Source: Selaginella moellendorffii
Taxonomy: Eukaryota > Plantae > Lycopodiophyta
DNA: 64,000 nucleotides
Assembly (NCBI RefSeq): GCF_000143415.4
Contig: NW_003314397.1
Location: 186,001 to 250,000, forward strand
Reading direction: 5' to 3'
Both the position numbers and the translations under genes were made by a program. Positions 10,764 through 23,900 of the stretch are shown piece by piece; position 1 is the first letter of the stretch; the number at the start of each line of letters is the position of its first letter. Under the pieces are notes generated by a model. The model did no database searches, was not told where the DNA came from, and was given only the letters and a program-made list of their open reading frames with translations.

Positions 10764-13624
10764 ATGGCGCCCAAGGCTGATAAGAAGCTCTCCAAGAAGG
10801 AGCTCAAGGCGCTCAAGAAGAAGGAAAAAGGTATGGCATTGGCATTCTTCTTCTCTGGATCCTCACAATTCACATTCTTATAGAGAGGAAAAAGGAGGAA
10901 GCGCGCAAAGCGGCTGAAGGTAATCAATCACTTGGAAATGTGGCTACACTCTTCTCTTCTTTCTGTTTACTCCAGAGAAGCTGCGACTAGAAGAAGAAGA
11001 GAGGCAAAGGATCGCCGAAGAGGCAAGACTAGCATGGGAGGCAGAACAAGCACGGCTTAAAGCCGAGCACGACCGAATAGTCGGCGAGTGGGAAAGCTTA
11101 GAGCCAGTTCTAAAACGTCGCAGGGAGGGACTTGCAAAGCATGAAGCTCGTTACAATGGAGCTGCTGAGGTAAGCTTTGCTTTCGTGTTTTAGCTGAGCA
11201 GCGTTCTTGCCGGCAATACAGTGGAAGAGATATGTTGAGCCTGGTCCTCTTCCTTATGCTGGCAATGATCCAAGCATGAACGGCTATCTCAACGTTATGG
11301 CGGAGGGATATGACAAGGATATAAACGACGTGATGCGCACTCTCACGGATATTTACTCGGTGAGATATCTTCGTGCTAGCTGCGACAAACATGACACAGC
11401 TTTCTTGTCTAAGATCTTTGCAGGGGCCGAAGAGCTTGCTTTAGTGGAAGAGCAGAAAGGGAGGCCACAGCTCGTCGAGAAGTAATGTAGTTCAGTTTTT
11501 TCTCTTATTCTACTCTCTAAGACGATGGCTTTTCTACGTTTTCTAGGTACCACGATTACATGAGAAGGCTGGAAGAGCTTGCAAACAGACGACTTAATCA
11601 TAACACAGCTTATCTACTTGAAGTATGTACCGGGCACTTGTCCTTTAGCACTGAAAGCCTTCTAAAGTTCCACTGGTTAAAGTGCAGAAATCCCACGACT
11701 ACTACAAGAGGACGAACGAGTGCAGCTTGTTCTCTGGACAAGCAGGCTGGAAACTTGCTTTGTGGGCGAATCATGCAAAAAATCCACGAGCTCGCAACCT
11801 TGATTTCCCGGCCATCAACTTGTTTGTAGAAGTTCCAAAACCTTTCGTGTTCGCCCATGTTGGAGTTCGCATGTACCATCAAGTCACCGATCCTCTTTAC
11901 AAGTCCAAAGACATTTACAGGACACTGGTAAGGAACTATCAATCTCTTTTCTTTTTCTTTTTCTTTTTTTCTCTAGCTCTTGGTTCTGAGAATTGTGCAC
12001 AGGGTGGGGCATTCAGGTTTGAGATTGTCCAACTTCCACCGCTTTCAAAGACCGTAAAAGAATGGACTTTTGAAAGAGGTCAGCACCGTCGTCCACACGA
12101 GTTTCACAAGCAGGTAATATGACAGAAACAATCTTTCCTTGCAGTTACTCCATTGACAGCAGCAACTATTCCAGTCGAATACCCGTTTGTTGGGGTTCCT
12201 TTGGGACCTGGAAACGTCATACCTCCGATCATCGTCGCCTATACATTGCCAGAGTTTGTCATCCATTTTGATCCTGTTCCAAAAGTTGGATGCTGGTTTG
12301 CGGTAAGCGAGTACGCGACATGAGAAATCTTGAGTACTGACATTTTTCCCGTCCAGGAAGAGCAATGCTGGAAGTTTGAAAATATCACCGACGTGGTGTA
12401 TGAACCTGAAACACGGAAGCTGACGTTCCACACGATTATTATAAGACCGCATGCCATGCTTCAGGTAGCTTTTAAACTTGTTTCTGTAGCTCTATTGCCG
12501 ACTGTTGCTATTGGCAGAACCGAGTGAGGCAATTCCCACACACAAAGTGGAGTATCAATCCCATTTCGGAATCCGAGGCCTTTTTGACACTGCACGCTGC
12601 CTCGCTTATGCTCAAGTTTGAGGTCGGCGATGGATGGTGCAAACTGGTGGAACCTCACTTCCCGGAATGCAAGCATCTCTACGATCAAAAACTGGCTCCT
12701 CGAGTCCTGCTAAAGGTGAACGCTTGAGCATGGTTTTTGGTTGGTCATGGTTCTAAAATCTCTTGCGGTCCTTTGTAGCGTTTATCCAAGTGTGGCATCC
12801 ATCTTCTCCCCGACGAAGACGATTTCCGGCACGTAAAAACTACTGTTAAGGTCAGCTTCTTCAGAGCCTCTTGTTAGCTTACTAAAGCTATTGCCGTGAT
12901 ATCTTGCTAGCTTTGAAAGGATCCGGAAGTGGAGATGTATGCATGCCGTGATCTGGCCATGGCAGCTCCCGCCGCTGCTTTCGCAAGCAGCAAATGGAAC
13001 GCTCACGCAGACGCTCAGACTTGCGTGTTTCGATTTCTTGAGATACCCGAACCCAAGTATCCGCCAACGTTTGACAAGGTAATCAAGTCTTAAGTTTCAA
13101 GCTCAGCCAAGCTATACCTGTTGTGATTGCAGAGCAAGAATGTGCTACACGTCCTGTACAAGCAGAAAGGGAACGCTCTTCTCAACTTGACCGAGTTTAA
13201 ATCCCCAGAATACAAAGAAGAGTTTACGACAGAGGTATACTTTCTTTTTCCTCGCGCCAGGAACTGAGTTCTTTTCTCCCAGTACCATGCGAGCTTGCTC
13301 GTTACTCTGCGCAGCAAATTCTCGGACGAGTCGATCGAGAAGATGGAGCAGGGTTGCCCAGGATACACGGAAACTTTAAAAGATCTAGCCTACGCTTTGA
13401 AGCTCTTCAGTGCTGGCGAGCCACTCCCTCCGCCGCCGCCACCGCCAGAGCCAGAAGTGGTGCCAGCTCCCGAAGCATCAACGTCGGAAGCTCAGCCGGG
13501 CGAAGGCACTGCTCAAGATGGTGAAGCAGCTCCACCGGCGACGGGAGAAGCTCCAGCATCCCCGGTAGCGTCTCCTGTAGCCGCAGAAGCTCCGGCATCT
13601 CCAACTCCAGCTCCATCTGGCTAG
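10764..13624 (+). CDS. CASC1: CASC1/IC97 (DNAI7/CFAP94)-like axonemal dynein intermediate chain, multi-exon
   Basis: K/E-rich N-terminal coiled coil, 'WKRYVEPGPLP..MNGYL', 'KLALWANHAKNPR', Pro/Ala-rich tail; short GT-AG introns link the ORF pieces. Confidence 0.7.
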
Positions 13625-13819
13625 ACACAAAGAAAAGAACCAGGCTAATGAAACGTGGAATTCCTTGGTTTCTATCATCATCACAGCAGCATCACCACCT
13701 CTGTTCTCGCGCTCATCCTCGCGGACTATCATTGTGAGGAGGGGAGCAAAAGGTGGCAGGGGTTTTCCAAGTGAGATTCAAGAGTTTTGTGGTTTTAAAC
13801 ATGCCTTTTTAGTTCACAA

Positions 13820-14529
13820 CTAAAGCTTCCATATGTTGATGTTCTTCCACCTGGATTCCATATACTCACTAGCATTGTTCTGTGTGTACACTCCACACTT
13901 GAAATAATGCTCCTCATATGTTTCGTTCACCTCCCAATGCTTGAGCTCTCCATCCAGATAAATGCTAAGCATCTCATGGTCTACATCGTGAATGACATTG
14001 AGATGGATCCATTTGTCATAGATGTGCGTTGCGAATGTCGCGTGCTCCAAGTCCGCTCCAGTCCGAATCAAATCACCAGGCCCATCAACTCGAATTTGGA
14101 GCGCAGTGGCACTGTTCCTTCCGCCATGAATTTGCATTATACACACTCCGGTGGTGCCCGAAGGAACGTAAAAGTCTCCCTCGAATTGCCAGATTCCTTG
14201 TGAGTATTGTGGTTGCTAGAAAGATAGACTGCTATCAACACCAAAATTAAGAGCTAGATTCTCTTGCAACTTACTCGAAATCTAAGCTCCGTCCTTGGCT
14301 TTGTAGGACTATGCGGGTTATGGGGCTTGTCCCTAGTATACACCCACAGCTTATGCACGCCATCGCTGAAGTTGTAGCGATCGGAAACTTGGAGATCATA
14401 TGGCTTTTGGATTTTCCAAGAGACTTGTTGCTTCTCAAAACCAACTGTGGGATCAACACCAAAGGCGAATTCGCAGCACAAGAGAGAAAGTAGCAAGACA
14501 TTAGCAAGCACCAACACCATTACTGTCAT
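13820..14529 (-). CDS. Secreted citrate-binding-protein-like / polysaccharide lyase 7 (alginate lyase 2 fold) protein, 2 exons
   Basis: Signal peptide, 'DPTVGF', 'KPRTELRF', 'CIMQIHG', 'YFKCGVYTQ'. Confidence 0.85.
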
Positions 14530-14911
14530 CTCTATACAACCTTTGGTGCGTAGAAAGCATCCATATAAAGGAGTTTTGCCACCTTCATTTTTATCGACTC
14601 GTGAGGGATTGCCCAAAGAGCAGCATATAGAATATCCGGTCAAGAAAAGTCAAGGAAGTCAACGCCCCGCGAAGCTTTGAAAATCCAAAACATGTATCAG
14701 CCGCTCTAAGTCCACTCTGGTGATTCCATTCGCGCACCGACAAGAATTCACATGTCGCATGTCAAAGAATCTCATCGCATCGTGGATCGTGAAGCTCTTC
14801 GCATGATGCAACCAAACAAGACATTCACGAAGTCGAGTCTTCGAATGGGACTGGAAATGTGAGCGTCCAGATAGATCCCACTCGCTGCTTTCGATCGAGG
14901 TGGGCTGTGGC

Positions 14912-16168
14912 ATGAAGAAGGCCGAGGCAGCAAGAGAGAGGTCTTCCTCCTCCTCGATCTCAATGTGGAGCGTGGCATGGAACCTCCTCCTAGTGGCTTC
15001 GATCGTCAGCACCAATCTCATGGCGCTCTACAGCCTCTCCGTGTCACGGGGGGTCAGGCAAGATAATCTCCTATCGCCCTCTTCCACTCCACTCCTCGCA
15101 GAGATAGCATCCCTGAGAGAAGAGATCCGGCAGGCACTGACAGCGGCGCGGACAAGACCAAGCGCTGGATCCAGATCTCTGCTCATGAGCTCGGAGCTTC
15201 TCGAGTACACGGAGGAGCGCAGCCTGCCCCTGGGAAGAAACCCAACACACGGCGGCGAGACGATGGTATCGCCCATCGGCCATGCCTGCTTCCAACACAT
15301 GGCTCTCCTCGACACCTACATGAACTACACCGTCGGGAGCCTCTGCCCGGACGACTGGAACATCGCCCAAGCTCTCATGGTGCGCGGCTGCGAGCCCCTG
15401 CCGCGGCGCCGCTGCTTTGCGCGCTCGCCACCCTCCTACTCCACGCCGCTGCCGCTGCCGGGCTGCCGCTGGAGCACCCCGCCCGACGATACCATCCGCT
15501 GGAGCCACTACACTTGCAAGAGCTTCGACTGCCTCAACCGGCGCGCCAAGGAGAGCAAGGTGTTCGTCGACTGCGCGGATTGCTTCGAGCTCACGGGCGC
15601 CGAGAGGACGAGGTGGGTGGTGCCGCGAGGCAAGAACGACGTGATCACCATCAAGGACCTGGTGGCGCTCAAGCGCGGGAGCCTCCGGATCGGGCTAGAC
15701 ATCGGTGGCGGCACCGCCAGCTTTGCCGCCAGGATGGCCGAGCACAACGTTACCATCGTCACCACCTCGCTCAACCTCAACGGGCCTTTCAACGAGTTCA
15801 TCGCGCTGCGCGGCCTCGTCCCGATCTTCCTCACCGTCGGCCAGCGCCTCCCCTTCTTCGACAACACGCTGGATCTCGTCCACAGCATGCACGTCCTCAG
15901 CAGCTGGATCCCCACGCGCACTCTCGAGTTCATCCTCTTCGACATCGACCGGGTGCTGCGTCCCGGAGGGATCCTGTGGCTGGATCACTTCTTTTGCACC
16001 CAGGACCAGCTCCACACCCTCTACGCCCCCATGGTGGAGCGGCTGGGATACACCAAGCTCAAGTGGGTGGCCGGCCTCAAGCTCGACAAGAACGGCATCA
16101 AGAACCACGAAGTCTACCTCTCGGCATTGCTCGAGAAGCCCGTGAGATCTTCCTCTTCTTCTTCCTGA
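14912..16168 (+). CDS. Type II membrane SAM-dependent methyltransferase (Methyltransf_29-like plant family)
   Basis: Intronless; N-terminal TM, 'GCEPLPRRRC', SAM motif 'IRIGLDIGGGTASFA'-like, 'DIDRVLRPGG'. Confidence 0.9.
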   Translation: MKKAEAARERSSSSSISMWSVAWNLLLVASIVSTNLMALYSLSVSRGVRQDNLLSPSSTPLLAEIASLREEIRQALTAARTRPSAGSRSLLMSSELLEYTEERSLPLGRNPTHGGETMVSPIGHACFQHMALLDTYMNYTVGSLCPDDWNIAQALMVRGCEPLPRRRCFARSPPSYSTPLPLPGCRWSTPPDDTIRWSHYTCKSFDCLNRRAKESKVFVDCADCFELTGAERTRWVVPRGKNDVITIKDLVALKRGSLRIGLDIGGGTASFAARMAEHNVTIVTTSLNLNGPFNEFIALRGLVPIFLTVGQRLPFFDNTLDLVHSMHVLSSWIPTRTLEFILFDIDRVLRPGGILWLDHFFCTQDQLHTLYAPMVERLGYTKLKWVAGLKLDKNGIKNHEVYLSALLEKPVRSSSSSS

Positions 16169-16260
16169 GTCGTAAACCATCCTGACCATCTTTTATTCGT
16201 GCCACTGCCATAGTCTCCTAGAATGTAGATAGCAAAAGAGCTGTTTTCCTTCGTTCTCCT

Positions 16261-17335
16261 TCACCACACCCCGACCTCGAGGTGCCCTGTGTGATCTGCA
16301 CTGGCTCGAAACATGCCGGTTGTGTTGAAGTCCATTGCGATCTCTCCCTTGGCCGAGACTGCCACCAGACCTGTCGTCCCTGCCTCGAGCTCCTTGACAA
16401 CACTGCCCGCTGCCTCGGAGAGCTTGAGAGCTTTGTACTTCATGCGAGCAGCAACGTCCGCCGCAACCATGCCTCGCATGATGCTCTCGCCTTTCCCGGT
16501 TGTGGACACCGCGCACACCCCGTTTGCGTAAGTTCCTGCGCCTATCACCGGAGTGTCTCCAATGCGTCCTGCCATCTTGTTCACCATGCCTCCGGTGGAT
16601 GTGGCAGCCGCGCACTTGCCATGGCAGTCCACGGCCACACAACCCACAGTCTCGCCAGCTTCGGAAGGCACCGAGTAGTCGATCTTTCAAGATAGTTCCA
16701 GTTAGCGGTTGCGCGAGAACAAAACGAACTAGGCTAGGCCACTCTACCTGAACGGTTTGCGTCTCCTTGGTTTGACGCAAGCGCTGGATGTTCCTCTCCG
16801 TGACAAAGTAGCCGGGATCGGCAGTTTCAACTCCCTGTCAACTCGAGCTTTGCAGTTAACAAGAACAAGAGCAAGGAAACGAAAGCGTTCGAACCTGTTG
16901 CCTTGCAAAGGCCTCGGCCCCGTCAAAGGCGAGAAGGATGTGAGGAGTTTTCTCCATGACGAGGCGAGCCAGGGAGATCGGGTTGACAACCGTGGTGAGG
17001 CCCGAGACCGCTCCACAGTCACCCGTGGCACCGTCCATGATGCTGGCTTCCATCTCCACAGTGCCTTCGGCCGTCAAAACCGATCCTTTGCCGGCATTGA
17101 ACATCTCGTTGTTCTCCAGCGCGCGGACCTGCAAAAAAGGTGGCATGGCGATCGATTGTCACGCAAAGAAAGCCAAGCTTACCACCAATTCAACCACGTC
17201 CAGAGCGCATCGCCCGGACTCTAGCTCCGCAACACCGAGGCTGAGGCATTCCAGGAGGACCGACTCCACGGCCTCGGTCCTCTCGGAGCGCTTGATGTCG
17301 CCGGCACCGCCGTGAAGAGCCAGAGCCCACCCCAT
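16261..17335 (-). CDS. Isoaspartyl peptidase / L-asparaginase (Ntn hydrolase), multi-exon
   Basis: [12 protein letters not shown], 'FNAGKGSVL', nucleophile Thr in 'ETVGCVAVD', 'TSTGG', 'GRIGDTP'. Confidence 0.93.
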
Positions 17336-17371
17336 CCTCCTTCCTAGGGCTTGCTTATTCCACACTGGTAG

Positions 17372-20300
17372 CTACAGCGATGAGAGTGGAGCTGCAGTCG
17401 TGCTAGCATCTTTCTCGGAGTCCTCGCTCTTCTCCGCCACCCCGGTGGTGCTAGTAGCAGCCACACAAAACTTGTCCAGCCACCTCTCCGACTCCCACAG
17501 AGTGTGCATAACGCTATCTCGTGCTACGTATCCGTGGCTCTCGAATGGAAGTAGCACGAGCCGGCACACCACCCCGTGACCCTTGAGAGCGTCGTAGAAT
17601 CTCTCCGACTGGAGTGAGCTTGTCAGGACAGTGCCGAGCGGGAGAAAGAAAAAGAAAAACTTTTACCTGCATCGTCAGCGTACCCGAGTTGTTGTCGTCC
17701 TCGCCATGGATCAACAGGATGGGCTTTTGCATCTTGTTTGCCAGCATGAAAGGACTCATGTCGATGTAAGTTTTGGGAGCTTCCCAGAGTGTCCGATCCT
17801 CGCTCTGTGCAAACCAAAGTTGTGAGTGAGACGAAACTGAGAAACGGAGACCCACCTGAAATCCAAACGGTGTGAGTGTTCTGTTGTATGCTCCCGCTCG
17901 AGCAATGCCACAGCAGAAGAGATGTGGAGCATGAGCTAAGAGATTGGCGGCCATGAATGCTCCATACGAGTGCCCTCCTACAGCAATTCTGTCGGGATGA
18001 GCCACCTGCAAAGTTCCAAAAGTTGTCAAGCATGAAGCTAAAGAGCTCTATCTAGATAGTTACCCCGCGACGAATGATTTCCTCAACTGCGGCCTCAGCG
18101 CTAGAAACCAGCTGCTCGACGTAGCTGAGACAATGCCAATCAATCAATACACGAGCATGAGAAAATACAATGAAAAGCACCTGTCATTGGCTTCAGCTTC
18201 ACCCTCTCCAACAATCGGTATAGTTGGACCATCCAAGACTGCAAAGCTGATCACCAGCGCGAGTATAAGATGAAACTTCTAAAGAAGAAAAGGAAAACGA
18301 AGGGCAAGAGCTAACTCACCGTCTCGCCAGCCACAGTAGAGGCGACGTCGAGCCAATACCAGCAAACTCGTTCGGTGATCGCCGCATCTGTCCAGCGTTT
18401 TCTTTGCTCTTGAACTCTCTCGGATATGCCCACACCAGCGTCGGCAGCGGGCCGTCTCTTGATGGCTCGTAGTCGGGTGGTAAATAGAGCGTTGCTGTTA
18501 ACTGCACACCATCGGAGCGGGGATATCGAATCACTTCCTTCTGGAGGTTGACAAGCTGCGGGTAAGGATGCGGAAAGTTTGTGACTTGAACAGCAGTCTT
18601 GTCGGGCCAAAACCAAAGAAAGTACTGCGGAGGCTCCGTTTGGCTTTCTCTTGAGATGAGCATTCGCAGCTTGTCCACGTCGAGATCATCGTCTATCTGA
18701 TCGGACATGAGAGCCGTGACCTTTTCATAGTACTTGTCCTTCTGGCTTTGCCAAATCCGCTCTTTTGCACCAGTATCACTGCAAAGAAAGAGTTTGCGAA
18801 ATCAACGGCGAGTGAAGGAGCTTACATGTTGAGAAGATCAAGGAACGGTATCTTTCCTTCCGGAGTTGCCCCGTTGCCATCAAGCAATAGATTCCTATTA
18901 CCATCACTCGTCTTTACTTGAGCCAGAACGTAAGTACCGAACGAGGTTCTGCGTAACACCGGAGAGCCGGGGTCTGAGTAGACATCTTCCGACGATCTAT
19001 CAAATAGCACGCGAGGCTCGGTGCCTAGTGCACCAGGAGCAACCATCCATGTCCTGGTCTGCCGCGTCTTATACCACGATTCATAAATCAGAGCCAATGA
19101 ATCGTTACCCCAGAGTGAGCCTCTGCCAGCCAAGAACACACATCACAAACGACTTGACTTAAGCAGCAGAATACGTACCCGTAGCGAAGATCAAGTTTGT
19201 GAATAATCTCCGGTTCCTGTGCTTCACTGGAATCTACTCGAAGTGAGTACACTATGTCCCGGGGAGATACTTTCTCCCTCGAATCTCCACCATCCTGAGT
19301 TTCCACCCTGTAAAACACATATATACATATCATGAGGAACAGAAAGAAAAAAAAAACAGTCATTTCTTACCAATACAGGGATGAAGGCTTGTCCGAGCGC
19401 CAGTGGATGGACCTTCGACCTTGACGAACACTGTCATGAGCTATTGGTATATCTTCTGCGAGTGGCAAGTCAGCTACTTCTTGTACAAGTCGTCCTGATC
19501 TCGTCCACACCTCTGTCCTCTTGGGAAATCGGCCGCAGGGGACCGAAAAAGAATAAGGCCGGTGCATGGTCGACACCAGCAAGTAGTTTCCATCAGGAGA
19601 TGGATCCAGGGAGGTGTACACCGCAGCCTCGCCAAGCACCAGCGGATCAACATCTCCGGACGTGGACACGAGGAGGAGCTCGCTGGTAGCATAGTAATCG
19701 AAGACGTCTTCGTCATGCTTGCTCTTCAAGAGGTCCTGGTACGTCCTGTTCTGCACGACCCGCTTTTCCTCGTTCATGAGAACCTTGGGACTTGGCGGCG
19801 TGAGTGGTTTCTTGGGTGGAGGACCCCGAGCGCTCGGAACAACGCACGCTACCAGTGTCGAGGGATCCAGCCACGAGTATCTGACGCGAGAGTGAGTTAG
19901 AAAAGACCATCACGGACGTAGGCTGGAAGATGATGGCTTACGAATCGAATACGGTGTTAAGGCAGTAGTTTGGAGGTCCAATCAGCTCTCTGGCTTCTAG
20001 AGTTTGCACGTCCACGATCCAAAGTCCCAGCTCACTCCTTGTCCCGTCCTCCTGTGAGAAAAGGTTGGATTCCATTACACGAGAAACCAGTACGTAGAGA
20101 ATGCAAAGTACCTTGTCTATCCCCCAAAGAACGAATGCAAGGTGACTACCATCAGGCGACCTGGAATGGAGATACGCACAAGCCACTCAAGAAAACGAAG
20201 GAAGTAAACGAAGTACCAGCTCACAAAGTTGATCCTGGCACCGGCTGGCAACCCGGTAACGAGACGCTCCACTCCCACAAGCCCGTCGTCGGACAAGGAC

Positions 20301-20844
20301 GACATGCCGAGGCCGACGTAGGACGACCTGCGCGTGAGAGAGAGCAAAGAACACGTTAGAACTCCAAGGACGAGGAAAAGCATCGTAGAATCACCATACA
20401 TGCGGCTGCGACAGTTGCATTCCGGATCAATGCGGAGGCCCGCGAGCTTGAGCTCCGGACGAGCAAGCTCCGACAGCGGTGGCAACGACGTGCGCTTCAT
20501 GAACAGAATCTTGTCGCGCTTGGGTGAGAAGGAGAGCGCTGGATTCGGAGGAGCGTCCACAATCCTCCGGATTTCTGGTGCTGGCAACTGGTAGCCCAGC
20601 GGAGGAGCTACACAAGGAGAAAATCAGCTTGGAGAGGGGAAACAAGGAAGGGGAAGTCACCATTGGTGGTGGCGGTGGTGGCGGCGGCAGCTCTGGTAGC
20701 GACAAGCCGAGAAGCGCCATGAATCGTCATTCTCCTCGCCCTGGAAATGGGTATCGTCCTCCACGAACTGAGATGACCTAAAAAAACTCGACCAGGCCCA
20801 AGAGGAGGGCGCAGAAGGGAGACGATGCTTGGACAATGCGCCAT
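17372..20844 (-). CDS. CGEP: Chloroplast glutamyl endopeptidase (S9D peptidase), multi-exon
   Basis: Transit-peptide-like N-terminus, 'GYQLPAPEIRRIVDAPP', catalytic GGHSYGAF, 'DNNSGT' and 'ESHGY'. Confidence 0.92.
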
Positions 20845-20989
20845 TACTTAAACCTGTTGGACACCCACACCATAGGGAATTTTATCCTATGCATTTTTAC
20901 TTTTTGGATCAAAATCCGCCTCCACAAAGCTTGACCATTTCTTGTGGCTCGACCATTTCTTGTCCAGGATGACCACAGGTTACGTCCTC

Positions 20990-23900
20990 GACGTGGAGAC
21001 TCTTTGCGGGAACAGCGAGAATATGTCAACTCAGCTATAGCTATAGACTGAAAAGTCAGTAGTAATGAAAAATAACGCACAAAACTCTGTAACTATAACT
21101 ATAACATTCGTCTCTCCCTCAGCTGGTGGATCTGTTAGTTCAACCTGTTCCTCAGCTTTAGAGGCATTAGTAATTCTTGAAGAAACATCATTCTAGTCGG
21201 AAATAAATGGTAAGATGGCTCTTTTTTAACATGAATCCTATATGGCAACCACTGAGACCGAGTATGCATCATCTCATTTACTCACACATTAGCATTTGAC
21301 AGCGCTTGCTGTTTAGGGTTGGAATGAGATCTGCTGCAATGCAATTCTTTGGCACTTCCTCTAAATGTTTATTAGAAGAATTCAAACAAAAGAAGAACGT
21401 TCTAGCATCCTTCCATTCTCACTGAATTTCTCCCCTCTTGTCCTCGAGCAGCCAAGTTTCATCCAAGTTGAATGGGGAGGGCACGGTCAATGTGGCTGCC
21501 ACATAGGATTCAACATAAATGTTAAAAAAGAGTAATCCCAATCTGAGGTTGCTGTGCATCATCTTCCTTTTCCTGATAGTACAAGCAGTAGTAGCAGATG
21601 GTCCCTGATATCCAACTTTCTGACAGTTATTATCCCTGTGTAAAAAACGTAAAATGGCAGAAAAGGCGAATATTAACCAAAACTTTCTTTGCATTTGCAA
21701 AGAATGTAAGAAAGATGCCAATGACACCTCGTCCTTGGCTGCCTGATGAATTCCAGATTCTCCAAAAAGGCTGTTACAGATTAAATGAGAAAAATAATGC
21801 GTAGAGCGAATGATTACCTTTATAAGCCAATTTTTGTGATAGACATTGAATCTTTGCACATCTATGTGCTCGCTTGCATTAAAAATCCAAGGTGTACTAT
21901 TGCAGACATCTACACCCAAAAAGACACATAAATTTCAAAGAACGAAAGAAAAAAAAAAAAAAAAAAAAACACCCTACATTGGCTTGTAAACCACCCCTTC
22001 AATGTAGAATGTTATGGTGTAAAATCCTTGGTTTCAAAGGGTGATTTTGAAATTTTTTGGCAAATGCAAGTACAAAATTGATGCATATATTTGCAAATCA
22101 AAATAAATGTCAGTAAGTGAAAATATTCATTCTCACCCTTAGAGAATTTTGGTACAGAAAGAATTGTTTTGCACCAGGATATTTTCCCACCATATGCGCA
22201 TGTTCTCCACCACCCCTAATTCGAATAATCTTGAAGTCAGTCAGCAAAATAAACCATGGAAAAATTCAAAGCATACTTGAGGATCTGATTCTTGGTCTTT
22301 GATTTTCTTGAACTGAAATCACAGAGATATATAACATAAAATATTGCAAATCTATAGAGTGCTTACTTGGTTACGAATGGATTCTTCAGATTGATAAGGA
22401 CTCCATCTTGTGATTGTGCCTATGCAATATTCCCAATCCTGATGTGTACCTCTTTGGACCTCTCTCAACTCACCCCACGCTCTTCATAATCCAACTACAG
22501 TTAAGAACAAAGTGAATTCACAACCCATACAATTTATGAGAATTTCTCTACTATGTACTGTAGGAACTATGACATCTTGCTGCGTTGTGTCACAAAGGAA
22601 GGTGTAAGAAAGTAACCCCACACTGTGTGTAAACCTGTATTGTAACAGAAATTGGTATGGAAAAAATTCTAGTAAGTAACTCTCATACATTGCATTGTTT
22701 AGCATTTGATTACCAAGGCACAAGAAATGAACTCAAAGAACCATGAAGTTCATAGAACTTATAGCGAACCAACGAGTGGGGTAGAATGCACAATACAGCA
22801 TCCCCCTTTATTTAGTGTGTGCCCCATTTGCCTATTTGCATTTGTATGCCACTTCATTACTTACATAGGCATGCCACCTCATTACTATAAATTAAAGATT
22901 GTTCTAATATATTATTTTAAATTATTTTTAAGTATTTAAAAGTAAAAGTCAAATATACTTCTCTCAATAAGATCAGAAAAAGAAAAAAAAACTATTTTGA
23001 GCATGATCTATATATTCCAATTTAGCCATAATAACTAAAGAGAATGAATAAAATAAAAAAGACAAACATAAAACACAATGAGGAAAAACCCAAACCAAGT
23101 GTAAGTTATATACTATTAGCCGTTCATTCTTATAAAATTATAGTTGTTAATATATCCGTTAACAACATCTACTAAATAAAATTTAAGGTTACTAATTTAG
23201 AATTAGTCATTAAGCATTTAAGGTGCGTCTAAGCACGCTATAGAGGAAACGAGGAGTGAGCATGGCAAAAGGGCAGCCATGTAAGAGAGGGGGGTGCTAT
23301 ATTGTGTATTTCTCCCCGTTTCCATCTGATAACAGATTTCCAAAGTAAAAAGGAAGAAAAAGAAAGAGAGCACAACATACATTATCCAATCATGCAGTTG
23401 TCTTTATCCTTTTCAGTATACCCAAAAGACATGCATTCTCGCAACCGATCCTGGGTTATTCCTTGAATTGACAAACAAAGTGTTGCTCACAAGAAAATAA
23501 AAAACAACATCTCGTAAACCTTCAAACAGAAGCATTGGCGAGCCATCAACTGGATTCTTGAGAACATTAATGTTCACGAACGTCGCTCCATGTGGTGCCT
23601 CGTCAAGCGCATTGTCAAGGAGCTCCGCTATCGCTAAGAAAGGAGCAAGATCTTAGAGTACAAAAGAATAACTAGATGAAGTACCGCCCAAAGCCCACTT
23701 GTGGCTTGTTGCATTAGAATGAAGGAACTTGGGATGGATGCATACATGGTCCATGCTAGCTACAAGACGAAGCAAAGGGATTACCTCCATCCCAAAAAAA
23801 AATCGAAAGTGCAATTACCTCGCATCGTTTGCGTGCTGGAACCGCCGTTTTCTCCAGCTCTCCAAAACTTCTACTTCGACCTTCTTGGATACTATAGGGG

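Noticed and set aside
13820-14529. PL7/alginate-lyase-like gene as a recent bacterial transfer
   Set aside because: Has an intron and signal peptide and matches the known plant citrate-binding-protein family.
15028-16189. Long overlapping/antisense ORFs over the methyltransferase (also over the PPR, GT8 and fucosidase genes)
   Set aside because: Expected shadows of GC-rich codon usage; no recognisable motifs.
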